A stretch of DNA of 63,614 bases, the filler included, from Octopus bimaculoides (taxonomy: Eukaryota): the NCBI RefSeq assembly GCF_001194135.2. It is 7 parts of 7 records of this genome, joined end to end, with 100 filler letters (N's around TTAATTAATTAA, not from the genome) between each part and the next. Parts side by side here need not be neighbours in the genome. Positions count along the whole stretch, not along the records: positions 1 to 9,293 come from NC_068982.1; positions 9,394 to 15,152 come from NC_069001.1; 5 more parts are not named here. The stretch is one strand, 5' to 3'. The stretch's first letter is position 1. Each line of letters starts with the position of its first letter. Under the pieces are notes generated by a model. That model saw nothing but the letters and a program-made list of their open reading frames with translations. It made no database searches and had not been told where the DNA came from. Position numbers and translations under genes: made by a program. Positions 1 through 10,954 of the stretch are shown piece by piece.

Positions 1-35
1 GAAGCAAAAGGATAGAATGAAACTTTGGACCTTAC

Positions 36-170
36 CTTGTCGACCGCAGCGGAGTACACGATCGCTCCTGATCAGAACACGTCTTTCTCGTAACCTCTCT
101 GTTTTCTGACTGACTCCACGTGCTAACCTTCGACCGCGTGTCCGACTTCCGATCTGACCCTTCCGGTCTG
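36..170 (-). promoter_or_regulatory. Candidate CpG-rich promoter plus non-coding first exon of a minus-strand transcript
   Basis: 14 CpGs counted in 41-165 against an AT-rich background. Two ETS-type motifs (CCGGAAG 166-160, CGGAAGT 151-145), E-box CACGTG 117-122, and a strong minus-strand donor AAG|GTAAG with the exon ending at 36. Confidence 0.4.
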
Positions 171-712
171 GCTTCACCTCTGTTTGCCTCACCCCTCTCC
201 ACCACAACACACAGCTCATCACAGCCCATAACACCACAGTCTACTAGTTCAGCACTTTCGTATTCCTCTGGAATACAAAATTCCTTCTTGAAAAACAGTT
301 AAAAGTTGACATTCAGCCATAAAAATCCTAAGGTTTACTCTTGTCTCATCCATACTGGCATGGAAAATTATGCTAAATGGAATGAATGTGTGTGTGTGTA
401 GTCCAATCCATGCCAGCATGGACATTAAATGATGATTCTCTCTCTTTCTCTCTCTCTCTCTGTCTCTCTCTCTTTCTCTCTCTCTCNNNNNNNNNNATAT
501 ATATATATATAATAAAACAAAAAGTCAAATTCTGATCATGGAGTTAGCAAAAGGTTTCATATCCATGAACGACAGTCTTGTGGACAGCTCGTCAGACTCT
601 ATACAAAGACAAAACCTTTGGTAACTCTATGACCAGAATTTAACTTTTTGTTTTAATAATTACTGCTCTCTTCTCTAGAATGTGTTTCTTTTCTGATATA
701 TGTTTTATCGAC

Positions 713-751
<39 letters not shown>

Positions 752-1398
752 CTCTCTCTTTTATGAAGGTTGGAATCACTGATGTCATGAAGATGTCCAT
801 TTGGCATTGCTATCCTGGCTTTCAGTATTTTAATGGATGCAGGACCAAAATGAATTGAATAGTGACTGAACAACTTTCGGTAATTTGGAGACGGGAAACC
901 TTTAAGAAAATGTGGGTGTTGCTTAGCCTTAGGTCAGCCTTAATTGAGCAAATCTACAACAAAGGTATTCCAGCCGTAACAACACAGTATTATTTTCAGA
1001 CAGTGGATGCATGTATGTGTCCTTTTTTAAAGCTAGTTTGATTTGAGGGGAATTTGACTGCTATTTCTCTCAAATAAAACAAAGGCTTGATACAGAAAAT
1101 GACAAAATGTTCAACAAAATGACTTTGAAATATTTTTTACAAGAAATGATTTTAAGAATAGCGGCAGACAATTATGAAATATAACCATGTCAAAAATATT
1201 TCACAGAAATTAGCAGTTTTCTCTTTATTGTATGTCAGATGACTTGAAGCTGTTGTGTAGTCATATCAACCATGTTACTATGGCAAAACAGACAAACAAC
1301 AGAATAATGATGGTAACGTACTATGGATATGTAATTGGTGTATATACTTGTAAGATTATCATATTTCTATATATGGGTATTGTTCTACATTTATTCAG

Positions 1399-1573
1399 CA
1401 CTTCTGGATGGGACAACGTTGTGCCTGGCTTAGTACAACTTGGATTTATTTTAATGGATTCTTTTGGACCTAAAAGTTCCTTTGGGCGTGTTGAAGGTAT
1501 AGCCTTAAATCAACCTGCCTTACACCAAAAAGCCTGCAATTTAGGCCTTCAAATACTCCTACAAACATTCAAG
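1399..1573 (+). CDS. FANCI: FANCI internal coding exon (phase 2 start, phase 0 end)
   Basis: ttattcag| acceptor and |gtaaga donor. Translation [25 protein letters not shown]...HQKACNLGLQILLQTFK matches the recalled vertebrate FANCI segment [23 protein letters not shown]...HACKLGANILLETFK. Confidence 0.9.
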
Positions 1574-2521
1574 GTAAGAATCATTCTCCCCTGCATACAC
1601 ACACACATACCAGCTGTTCGTTGCAGCTCTTGATTTTAGTGTAAATGGTTCTTTTCATTAAAAAATGACAAAAATTACACAGGATTTTCTAAGTTTTCAG
1701 CACTGAGCTGAGTTTGCAATCTGGTTTTGATGGCCAGTTTGCAATGAATTTCAATTTGTTTATTCAATTGTCTTAGATGTTCATTACCTGGTTGTCTACA
1801 TTTGTTTCCTGTCTTTTGTATATCCCAATATTTCATGGGACATTGAAATATTCTAGGTTAGGTGGGGGCACCAGTATAACTCTGCATGCCCCTTTTCTCG
1901 TTTCTGGTAATGCTGAGCACCCCCCNNNNNNNNNNNNNNNNNNNNNNNNNNNNNNNNNNNNNNNNNNNNNNNNNNNNNNNNNNNNNGTAGAAATGTCTTC
2001 TGTTCTTCTTTAAAGTGATCTTCAGATGGCCCTTGAACTGCTTCTCTGGCCCTCCAGAGGAATGGTCTAACTGGCCATACATAACCCTGAAAAGGAGTCA
2101 CAGGTCTGACAGTTGTTCTTCGTAGCCAAACCATCTTGACTAGAACTGTATAATATAGGTTCAATAATGTATAGGTATAGTATAGATTGAATACAATATA
2201 AATACCATATGGTATATGTTGAATACTGTGTAGCATAGATTCAATATTATACAGATGTTATATAAGTTCAATATTGTTCTATGTTTGAGAGATGAGGAAT
2301 TATGTGCATTATTTACATTTGATATACTCTCCAGCCTTCATCAGGTGTTGTGGGGAAACTTCGAACCTGGGTTCTCATTCCTAAGGGTTTTTTCGATATT
2401 ATGATTATTATTCAGGTCACTGTCTGGAATCGAACTCGGAATCTTGGGGTTAGGTTAGTAGCCCATGCTCTTAACCACTATGCCACATGCCTGTGGGCAA
2501 TTATGGAGTGAATTTTGGGGT

Positions 2522-3025
2522 TTATAAACTGATTATTTTTGTATCCTTCCTTAATACCGGTTCCCATCTGCTGTTCATATCTGCACAAGATCTGCTTAGG
2601 AGCTTATTGCATCCTAGCATATGTGCTCCTTCTTTTAGTTTTCGTATTTTCCAGTGGTGTTCTCTGTCTATTATTTTAACTTCATCCCACAGGGGGAGGT
2701 GGTCTCCATTTTTCCATATGTGATCAGCTATACCCGATTTATATTTCTTCGTGTCACAGCTTTGCGATGCTCCTCTACCCTTATTTTGAGAGATTGGCAT
2801 GTTTCACCTTTGTATCACCTACCACAGCAGCATGGAATGGAGTACATGCAGTCTTTGGTCATATTCTCTTCTATTCGTGGTTTTACTCAAAGGAGATATT
2901 TGCGAAGTGTTGTATTACTCTTGAATATTGTCCTGATGTCATATGGGCTGCATATCTTTTGTATCTTTTCGGAGAGGCTGTTCACATAGGGTGGACAGAC
3001 TGTGGTCAGTTTAGGGGTTTCATCC
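2522..3025 (-). pseudogene. PLE linker plus GIY-YIG endonuclease remnant, left arm
   Basis: LPYVNSLSEKIQKIC..YDIRTIFKS.TTLRKYL linker, YSIPCCCG..YKGET, GIADHIWKNGDHLPLWDEVKIIDREHHWKIRKLKE; broken by stops and frameshifts. Confidence 0.85.
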
Positions 3026-3048
3026 TCTCTTTTCTTCATAATTGGAGT

Positions 3049-3512
3049 GGATGAAACCCCTAAACTGACCACAGTCTGTCTACCCTATGTGAACAGCCTC
3101 TCCGAAAAGATACAAAAGATATGCAGCCCATATGACATCAGGACAATATTCAAGAGTAATACAACACTTTGCAAATATCTCCTTCGAGTAAAACCACGAA
3201 TAGAAGAGAATATGACCAAAGACTCCATCCCATGCTGCTGTGGTAGGTAAAGCATACTGCCCCCTCAAAATAAGGGTAGAGGGCCATTGCAAATCTGTGA
3301 CACGAGGAGATATTGATAAATTGGGTATAGCTGATCATGTATGGAAAAACAGAACACCACTGGAAAATAAGAAAACTAAAAGAAGCAGCACATATGTTTG
3401 GACATAATAACCTCCTAAGCAGACTGAGTGCAGATATCAACAGCAGATGGGAACCGGTATTAAGAAAGGAAAGGAAAATATTAGGCTTACAAGCCCTAAA
3501 ATTCACTCCATA
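3049..3512 (+). pseudogene. PLE linker plus GIY-YIG endonuclease remnant, right arm
   Basis: Same translation as the left arm, with additional internal deletions (9 nt at the CMY motif, roughly 50 nt in the DHLPLWDEV segment). Confidence 0.85.
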
Positions 3513-3527
3513 ATTGCCCATGGGCAT

Positions 3528-3625
3528 ATGGCATAGTGGTTAAGACTGTGGACTACTAACTCCAAGATTCCGAGTTCAATTCCAGGCAGTGACCTGAATA
3601 ATGATAATGATAATAATAATAATAA
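3528..3625 (+). other. tRNA-like (Ser-related) Pol III head plus (AAT)n within the PLE 3' region
   Basis: A box GGCATAGTGGTTAAG 3530-3544, anticodon-like loop CTACTAA, B box GAGTTCAATTCC 3572-3583, then (AAT/GAT)n. A mirrored copy lies on - at about 2400-2490. Confidence 0.7.
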
Positions 3626-3677
3626 CATCATCAAAAAATACTTTAGGAATGAGAACACAGGTTTGAAATTTCCCCAA

Positions 3678-3712
3678 GTCACCTGATGAAGGCTGGAGCC
3701 GAAAGTTGTTAA
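3678..3712 (+). ncRNA. Degenerate minimal type I hammerhead ribozyme
   Basis: CTGATGA 3683-3689, stem II GGC-tgga-GCC, GAAA 3701-3704. The cleavage side is damaged compared with the copy at 46508-46551. Confidence 0.45.
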
Positions 3713-4312
3713 CAACAAACAAAATGAGGACAAATATCCATCAAATGTAAATAATGTAATTTCAATATTGTACAAATGTTATATAGATTTAATATTGTAC
3801 AGATGTTATATAGGTTCAGTGTTGCTGGTGTTGCTTCAGTAGATAATTGCATTATCTCACCAGTTGACTGAAAGGGTCTTCTAGAAACCCTTGAAGTCTC
3901 CCATTGAAACCTTTTTATATCTCACAACTTAGAATTGAAAAGGACATCTGTTTGTCAAACTTAAGTTATAATAAGTCCAGGAGATTCAATTTCCATGTTC
4001 TTCTTGAATTTGTAATGTCTTTCTTACCCTGTTGCAAAGAATGGAACTCGGCCCTGTTTGTCAGTTTCAGTGTTGCATGTGCTATCTTATTAGAGCTAAT
4101 CTAGATGGATCCTCAATGTTCTGAGTTCAAATCTTGTGCATGGCAACCTTGCCTTTCATTCTTCTGCCAGTAGAATTCCTGACATTATGGAATCACCTAT
4201 GCCCCATAAAGTAGGGTCAAATGACTGAAAGCAGCAAAAAAATTAATAAAATGATTTTAATTACCTTTTTCTTCAAATTTTGTTCAGACAATCTCTTTGG
4301 GTTTATTTTAAG

Positions 4313-4403
4313 GTACAGTATAATGCTGTCAGGGAGAATATTTTGGATAAGATATTTACCAGGATTGGCTCATCAGAATCGAAACCCATTACTCATATTC
4401 TAG
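4313..4403 (+). CDS. FANCI: FANCI internal coding exon (phase 0 start, phase 1 end)
   Basis: ttttaag| acceptor and |gtatat donor. VQYNAVRENILDKIFTRIGSSESKPITHIL(D) continues the previous exon in frame and matches recalled FANCI [30 protein letters not shown]. Confidence 0.8.
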
Positions 4404-4607
4404 GTATATTGTAATTGTTTTTTTACCTTTTCCTATCATTTTCTTCTTTCTTTTCTTTTTGTTTTTGCTTATTTTCTTTCTTTTGAAAGAGGGAACAACA
4501 GAAAAGGGTCTTATTTCTCTACAATTTTGTCCCTCCTGATTTCTGAGTTGTGATTCTGTTGAAGCTGACCCTGTTCTTCATCCTTCCAGGATACATGAAA
4601 AGAGTGC

Positions 4608-4912
4608 ATCATCATCATCATCATCATCATTCTTTAATGTCCATTTTTCCATGCTGGCATGGGTTGGACGGTCTAACTGAGGTCTGGAGAGCCAGTGACT
4701 GCACCAAGCTCCAATCTGATCTGGCAATGTTCCTACAGCTGGATGCCCTTCCTAACACCAACAACTCCAAGAGTGTAGTGAGTGCTTCTTACGTGCCACC
4801 AGTACAGGAGCCAGTCAAGCGGGCTTGGCATCGATCATGTTGGGATAGTGCTTTTTATGTGCCACCGGCACGAAGGCCAGTCAGGCGGTACTGCCATCGG
4901 CCACGTTCAGAT
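4608..4912 (-). mobile_element. RTE-LINE-type 3' UTR/tail repeat ending in (GAT)n
   Basis: Shares ggaagggcatccagctgtag...gtccaacccatgccagcatggaaa...(gat)n with copies at 5138-5436, 6425-6592 and 37505-37928. Confidence 0.7.
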
Positions 4913-5137
4913 GGTTCGGTCACTACCTGTCATATATTGAGGAGGAGTAGCACAAATTGTAGATCTGTTGGTATTTAGTTTGTCCCTCTTCAGTCATCAT
5001 CATCATCATCATCATCACTGCCACTTTTCAATGCTTGCACAGGTTGGATGAAATTGATAGATATTCTATGGCTGGACGCCCTTTCTGTTGCCAACCTTCA
5101 CCTGCCTTCCAGTGATATTGCCCCCACCTCCAGGGCC

Positions 5138-5140
5138 AGA

Positions 5141-5177
<37 letters not shown>

Positions 5178-5436
5178 GTTTAACGTCCACTTTCCATGCT
5201 AGCATGGGTTGGACGATTTGACTGAGGACTGGTGAAACCAGATGGCAACACCAGGCTCCAATCTGATTTGGCAGAGTTTCTACAGCTGGATGCCCCTTCC
5301 TAACGCCAACCACTCAGAGGGTGTAGTGGGTGCTTTTACGTGTCACCCGCACGGAGGCCAGTCAGGCGGAACTGGCAACGGCCACGCTCAAAATGGTGTA
5401 TTTTATGTGTCACCCGCACAAGAGCCAGTCCAGATT
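5138..5436 (-). mobile_element. RTE-LINE-type 3' UTR/tail repeat
   Basis: Same family with a long (CAT)n tail; runs into an N gap. Confidence 0.7.
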
Positions 5437-6424
5437 NNNNNNNNNNNNNNNNNNNNNNNNNNNNNNNNNNNNNNNNNNNNNNNNNNNNNNNNNNNNNNNN
5501 NNNNNNNNNNNNNNNNNNNNNNNNNNNNNNNNNNNNNNNNNNNNNNNNNNNNNNNNNNNNNNNNNNNNNNNNNNNNNNNNNNNNNNNNNNNNNNNNNNNN
5601 NNNNNNNNNNNNNNNNNNNNNNNNNNNNNNNNNNNNNNNNNNNNNNNNNNNNNNNNNNNNNNNNNNNNNNNNNNNNNNNNNNNNNNNNNTCTGCAGCCCT
5701 CAAACTATTCCTCTTCTCTCCTATCACACACAAAACCACCTCCTTCAATACTTGTACCTCAACTCAATCAAAAGGTCTTCTCATACAACTTACTTGGCAA
5801 CCTTACTCAGGCTGGTGCCTCAAAAAATCCCCTTAACACACTCTATAAACTTGTCATCCAGCTGTAGAAAGCTTGCCAAAGCAGACATCTGGGCCCAACA
5901 CATCTCTCTGGCTCTCCAGAACCTGTTGAACCCATCCTACCCATGCCACCTAAACAATGATACAATCATCATCATAATCATTTTAACATTCTTTGTGGTC
6001 CTCCAACGCATCAACTCCTGTTAGACTAACTCATTATAGCAGGATTTGATGAGTTGGAAGACCATAGCATGTTCCAGTGTCAGAGTTTCTGTGGCCGGAT
6101 GCCCTTTCTAAAGCAAACCACTTTACAAAGAATGCGTTTCTCCTTGCCTTCGTGTGTGTGTGCCCTGATTGTAAACAAAAGTCTCACCCTACATATAGTC
6201 TACTGCAAAAGCGGATCCAGGTTGTTTGATATTCAATAGACTTAGGAATTATTAGCTTGCTTGGAGACAGCTGAGGTAGAGTTACGAAGAGGAGCATCTG
6301 GCCATAGAAAACTTTACTTCAGTGTAGTCTAGTTTCACTTATGCAAGTAGGGGAAGGTAGACATTAAAATGATGAAGAGGAAGGTTATATATCTCTACTT
6401 TCATCATTTAATATCCAAACTCTG

Positions 6425-6592
6425 ATGCCACATAAAATGCACCCAATACACTCTATAAAGTGGTTGGCATTAGGAAGGGCATCCAGCTGTAGAAACCATG
6501 CCAAATGAGACAATTGAAACCTGGTGCAGTCCTTGTCAGCTCCTGTCAAACCATCCAACCCATGCCAGCATGGAAAGCAGATGATGATGGCA
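6425..6592 (+). mobile_element. RTE-LINE-type 3' tail repeat
   Basis: gttggcattaggaagggcatccagctgtagaaac...catgccagcatggaaagcagatgatgatg. Confidence 0.65.
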
Positions 6593-8824
6593 TGGGTGGG
6601 GTGAATAAGAGGATCTCATGAGTTAGGTGATTGCATCATGGCTGGATGCCTTTACTAATACCAGCCACTTTACAGATTGTGCTGGGAGCTGTTTTCATGG
6701 CAAACTCTTGCCTCCCACATTTGTGAGATTAAGGGCTTAAAGTGACCCCTGTTACTAAAGGAGAATAGGAGAGAGAGACTGTTCATTGATTCTAGGAAGG
6801 GTTAGGGTTAGGGGAAGATAAGATGAAAGGTATGAATTTATAGTTGCAATAGAGTGATGGGGATAAGGTAACAGCAGGCAGTGAGGTAGGGACTACCTGG
6901 GGAGGGAAGAAGCATGGCAGGGGAACAGAGGAAAGGAGTTGGGGATAAGTTATTGAGGAAAAACAGAGCGAGTTTAAGGGGCCTAAAAACTGTTTTTCAA
7001 TATAAGAGTGATTGAGGATGGGAGGTGTGCAGGAAGAGAGCAATAGATTAGGAGGAGTCATTAAAGGGAACAGGTGGAGGGAGGAGTTGGAGAAGCTGGG
7101 GAGGGACACAGAGACATTGAGGGAGAAGAAGTGTGTGTGTGTGTGTGCATGCAATGAGAGGAAAAGATGTGGAGGGCAGCATAGAGGTTCAAGTTGGGCA
7201 ATGTGTGGGGGTGGGGCAGTGGAGAGAAGCAGTAAGTAGGTAGGTGCAGTGAAAGAAAGACATGATAGATGTGTAAGGGCTGGTGGTAAAATAAAAGGGA
7301 AGAGGTATTGGGTGGAGATGGAGAAGTGCTATGAGGGGTGAACAGATGGGAGTCATCGTGGAGGGTTAGGGTGTAGGGTGGTGGGGTTGGGGGCAAAGGT
7401 ACATCATCAACACAGTTTATTGTTTGTCTTCCATGGGATGGCTGCTTTGACTAGATTCAAGGACTGCATCATACTCCAATGTCTTCTTAGGCAGGAGTCC
7501 TGTGGGATGGATGCCCTTCCCAATGCCAACCACTTTGCAGAGTGTGCTGGGTGCTCTTACGTGACACTGGCACTAATGAGGTTATCGTGCAGCTTGCAAG
7601 ACTAAGATCTCTTTCAAGTGAGTGGGGCTACGGTAGAAAGGGAGGGATAGTTTTATGTTGGATGAAGAGAGATTAGCATGTGAAGGAAGGGGCCAGAACA
7701 GAACGTCTACCATGCCATGACAGCAGCAGCAGCAGTAGCCATCATTTGGTTAGCACCACTACTGTTGCAGTCTCTGTTTTTGTGGAAACCCTTTGTAGCC
7801 ATGGCATCAGCGTAGCCATTATTGTTAGGGACAGAATAGAGTTAAGTTTGCTAGTTCTGCTCCTTCTATTGTGTAGTATTATTAAATGTGGTTTAGTTTT
7901 GACTTTTGCCTTATACTTGAGATAGTCATAAATACCTGAGGGTTGGGGAGGATTGTAAGAGGAAGACATGTGGCTTGGTGGACACACAGCCAAACAGTAA
8001 ATAGGCTCAGTAGATGCTGGAGATCAACAATGGAACAGTCCACAGCCTTCTGTAATAACAAAGAAGTGGCCACACCTGTGTGGTCAGCACAGGTCAGATA
8101 TGTTGTTTAGTACCACAGCAATCAATGAAGGCAGTGGGAAACCTTGGAGAGAAGCAACTCATTGTCTTCTGTTTTAATTACCAATAGAAAATATAATAAC
8201 TATATAGTTATGTGGAGAATGGAGAACCAAACAGAAGAAGAAGCAAGTCAACTGGGCTAGTTAGCCATTGATTTGATTATGTGGAGATTATGTAATGAGT
8301 CATTTACGTACGTTTCGATGTGCCAAATGGTTTGGCAGATCTCTTCAGAATGTTGAGGAGTATGTTAGAGTTCATGGTGTGAGAGATGCAGGAGAAACAA
8401 TTAGTGGATATATTAATGCATATGGTGGTATAAGAATAGCATTAGGTAACGTTAGTCTTACATTTTAGTTGAAGTTGTGTATATAAATATATATATATAC
8501 ATACATATGCACCATTGAATTTTTGCTTTCATTTTACAACTTTTGCTATGATTTACAGTTTCCATAAATTGTGCAGTTTGTAAATATTGACAGCTGCTTA
8601 TTTCCTGCATTTGTTATCAGTTCTGGAAAGTGTTTGGAGATGCTGCAATTTTTCCTGGACATGAAAGAAGGATTTTTAAGAGGCTGGGAGAAATTGAAGG
8701 ATTATGTACTCACAGTCATTTATTTTGAAATTGCTAAACTTAGATGGTTGGAGGCGTTTAAGAGTGTTCTTGCAATGAAAAGGAGGTTTACACATTCATA
8801 TAGTCATCATCATCATCATCATCA

Positions 8825-9050
8825 AGGTGGCAAGCTGGCAGAATCATTAGCATGTTGGACAAAATGCTTAGCGGTGTTTCATCCATCTTTATGTTCTGAG
8901 TTCAAATTCTGCCGAGGTTGACTTTGCTTTCATTCTTTCAGGGTTTTGTAATAAGTAGCAGTTGAACATTGGTGTCGATGTAATCGACTCATTCCCTCTC
9001 TCAAAATTGCTGTCCTTGTGGCAAAATTTGAAACCATTATTATTATTATA
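8825..9050 (+). mobile_element. Nin/Deu-domain tRNA-derived SINE
   Basis: gctggcagaa head, gagttcaaattc B-box, gactttgctttcattctttc Deu/Nin core, (ATT)n tail. Confidence 0.75.
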
Positions 9051-9053
9051 ATT

Positions 9054-9293
9054 AGGCGACAGGTTTATTTAGCCAGAGGGGAAGCAGATAAGAAAAGATT
9101 TGCCAATGTTCTGCGCCGTGAGGACCAAAGACTCGAGGTATTTCGTGTTGCAAGACAGTGTAGGAGAGAGAATAATGATGTTGTAGGAGAGAAATGTGTT
9201 CGCATGGATGATGGTACGCTTGCACTAAATGAGGATGCAAAGAAAGAGGTCTGGAGATGCCACTACGATAGATTGCTTAATAAAGAGAATGAA
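9054..9293 (+). pseudogene. RTE-clade LINE ORF2 fragment (between endonuclease and RT)
   Basis: RRQVYLARGEADKKRF...EVFRVARQCRRENNDVVGEKCVRMDDG.LALNEDAKKEVWRCHYDRLLN, a typical RTE linker; ends at a scaffold spacer. Confidence 0.75.
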
Positions 9294-9393
9294 NNNNNNN
9301 NNNNNNNNNNNNNNNNNNNNNNNNNNNNNNNNNNNNNTTAATTAATTAANNNNNNNNNNNNNNNNNNNNNNNNNNNNNNNNNNNNNNNNNNNN
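9294..9393. other. Assembly spacer 44N-TTAATTAATTAA-44N
   Basis: The identical 12-mer sits inside N runs at 9338, 15197, 34693, 40463, 56762 and 61754; it is not biological sequence. Confidence 0.95.
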
Positions 9394-9419
9394 ATACATA
9401 TATATATATATATATGCAG

Positions 9420-9645
9420 ATATATATATATGCAGATATATAGATAAACAGACAGACAGACAGATAGATATATAGATAGATAGATAAACTGACAGGCAGA
9501 CAGATAGATATATAGATAGATAGATAAACTGACAGGCAGACAGACAGACAAATAGACAGACAGATAGATTGATAAATAGATAGACTGACAAATGGACGGA
9601 GAGATAGACAGACAGACGGGAAAATGGATAGATAGATAGATGGGC

Positions 9646-9678
<33 letters not shown>

Positions 9679-9680
9679 TA
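9420..9680. repeat. (GATA)/(GACA) compound microsatellite
   Basis: Direct reading. Confidence 0.95.
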
Positions 9681-10285
9681 CACACTCAAAACAAACGTAC
9701 ATAAACTTCTACATACGTATACAACCACATATATATATATATACATACTCGTACGTCACTTATATTCCGTAGGCTCTTACACTCATTTACCATTGAAACG
9801 TAATTCTCTGCCTCCTCTTTCAAATTCCTTCCACTATCTCTCCCTTACCCTCTCTCACTTCTCACTAACTCCCCTTCGAATGTCTCTCTCTTGCCCTAAG
9901 AATGTAATTCCTCCACTCTTCACTCTCACTACCACCTTGGCCACCCCCTCCTTTCTTTTTCAACTTTTTTCAAAACATAATTATTATATTCGCCTTTGTT
10001 CTATATTTTAGCTTTGAAACAATCTTTTCGGAGTTCAGTCAATCTATACCTTCTCGTTCTCTCTCTCTCTCTCTCACTCCCTCTCTCTCTCTGTATGTAT
10101 GTATGTGTGTATGTATGTATATATATATATATGTATGTATGCATATATATATTTACGCATACATACATATTTACCAAACTTGCGAATTTGTGTGTGTGTG
10201 TAAGACTAAATATTTTCCTTGACTGTGGTATTGTGATATTCTGCCTGATATCCTTGATATCAGAAAAGACTGATCAAGCACACAA

Positions 10286-10343
<58 letters not shown>

Positions 10344-10915
10344 GCGCAAGAAAGCGTTTTTGAATACATAAATATCTACGCCTGTACAGTGTGTGCATGT
10401 CTCAATGTCTGCCTCTGTCTTTCTGTCTCTGTATGTATACATGTATGTATGTATGTATGTATCTATCTATCTCTNNNNNNNNNNNNNNNNNNNNNNNNNN
10501 NNNNNNNNNNNNNNNNNNNNNNNNNNNNNNNNNNNNNNNNNNNNNNNNNNNNNNNNNNNNNNNNNNNNNNNNNNNNNNNNNNNNNNNNNNNNNNNNNNNN
10601 NNNNNNNNNNNNNNNNNNNNNNNNNNNNNNNNNNNNNNNNNNNNNNNNNNNNNNNNNNNNNNNNNNNNNNNNNNNNNNNNNNNNNNNNNNNNNNNNNNNN
10701 NNNNNNNNNNNNNNNNNNNNNNNNNNNNNNNNNNNNNNNNNNNNNNNNNNNNNNNNNNNNNNNNNNNNNNNNNNNNNNNNNNNNNNNNNNNNNNNNNNNN
10801 NNNNNNNNNNNNNNNNNNNNNNNNNNNNNNNNNNNNNNNNNNNNNNNNNNNNNNNNNNNNNNNNNNNNNNNNNNNNNNNNTATATATATATAGAGAGAGA
10901 GAGAGACAGACAGAC

Positions 10916-10954
<39 letters not shown>

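Larger units (their letters stand above)
2278..3760. mobile_element. Penelope/Poseidon-type PLE, 5'-truncated, head-to-head fold-back inside a FANCI intron
   Basis: Arms 2278-3025 (-) and 3049-3760 (+) are reverse complements around a 23-nt loop. Both carry linker plus GIY-YIG endonuclease remnants. TTCAATATTGT flanks both ends (2267-2277, 3761-3771), within a ~27-bp minisatellite. Confidence 0.9.

Noticed and set aside
1232-1633. 133-aa ORF as a standalone gene
   Set aside because: Only 1399-1573 is FANCI-like and bounded by splice sites; the rest is intron read-through.
3528-3590. Functional tRNA-Ser gene
   Set aside because: No acceptor stem or variable arm closing a cloverleaf; embedded in a repeated mobile module.
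6798-6813. Interstitial telomere
   Set aside because: Only two TTAGGG units within a purine-rich tract.
8571-8921. Possible next FANCI exon
   Set aside because: No frame after any nearby AG resembles the expected DLL...APL.L...FDYL segment.
9338-9349. Recurrent TTAATTAATTAA between N runs, superficially like a regularly spaced repeat
   Set aside because: A fixed 44N-12-44N assembly spacer at six positions; not biological.
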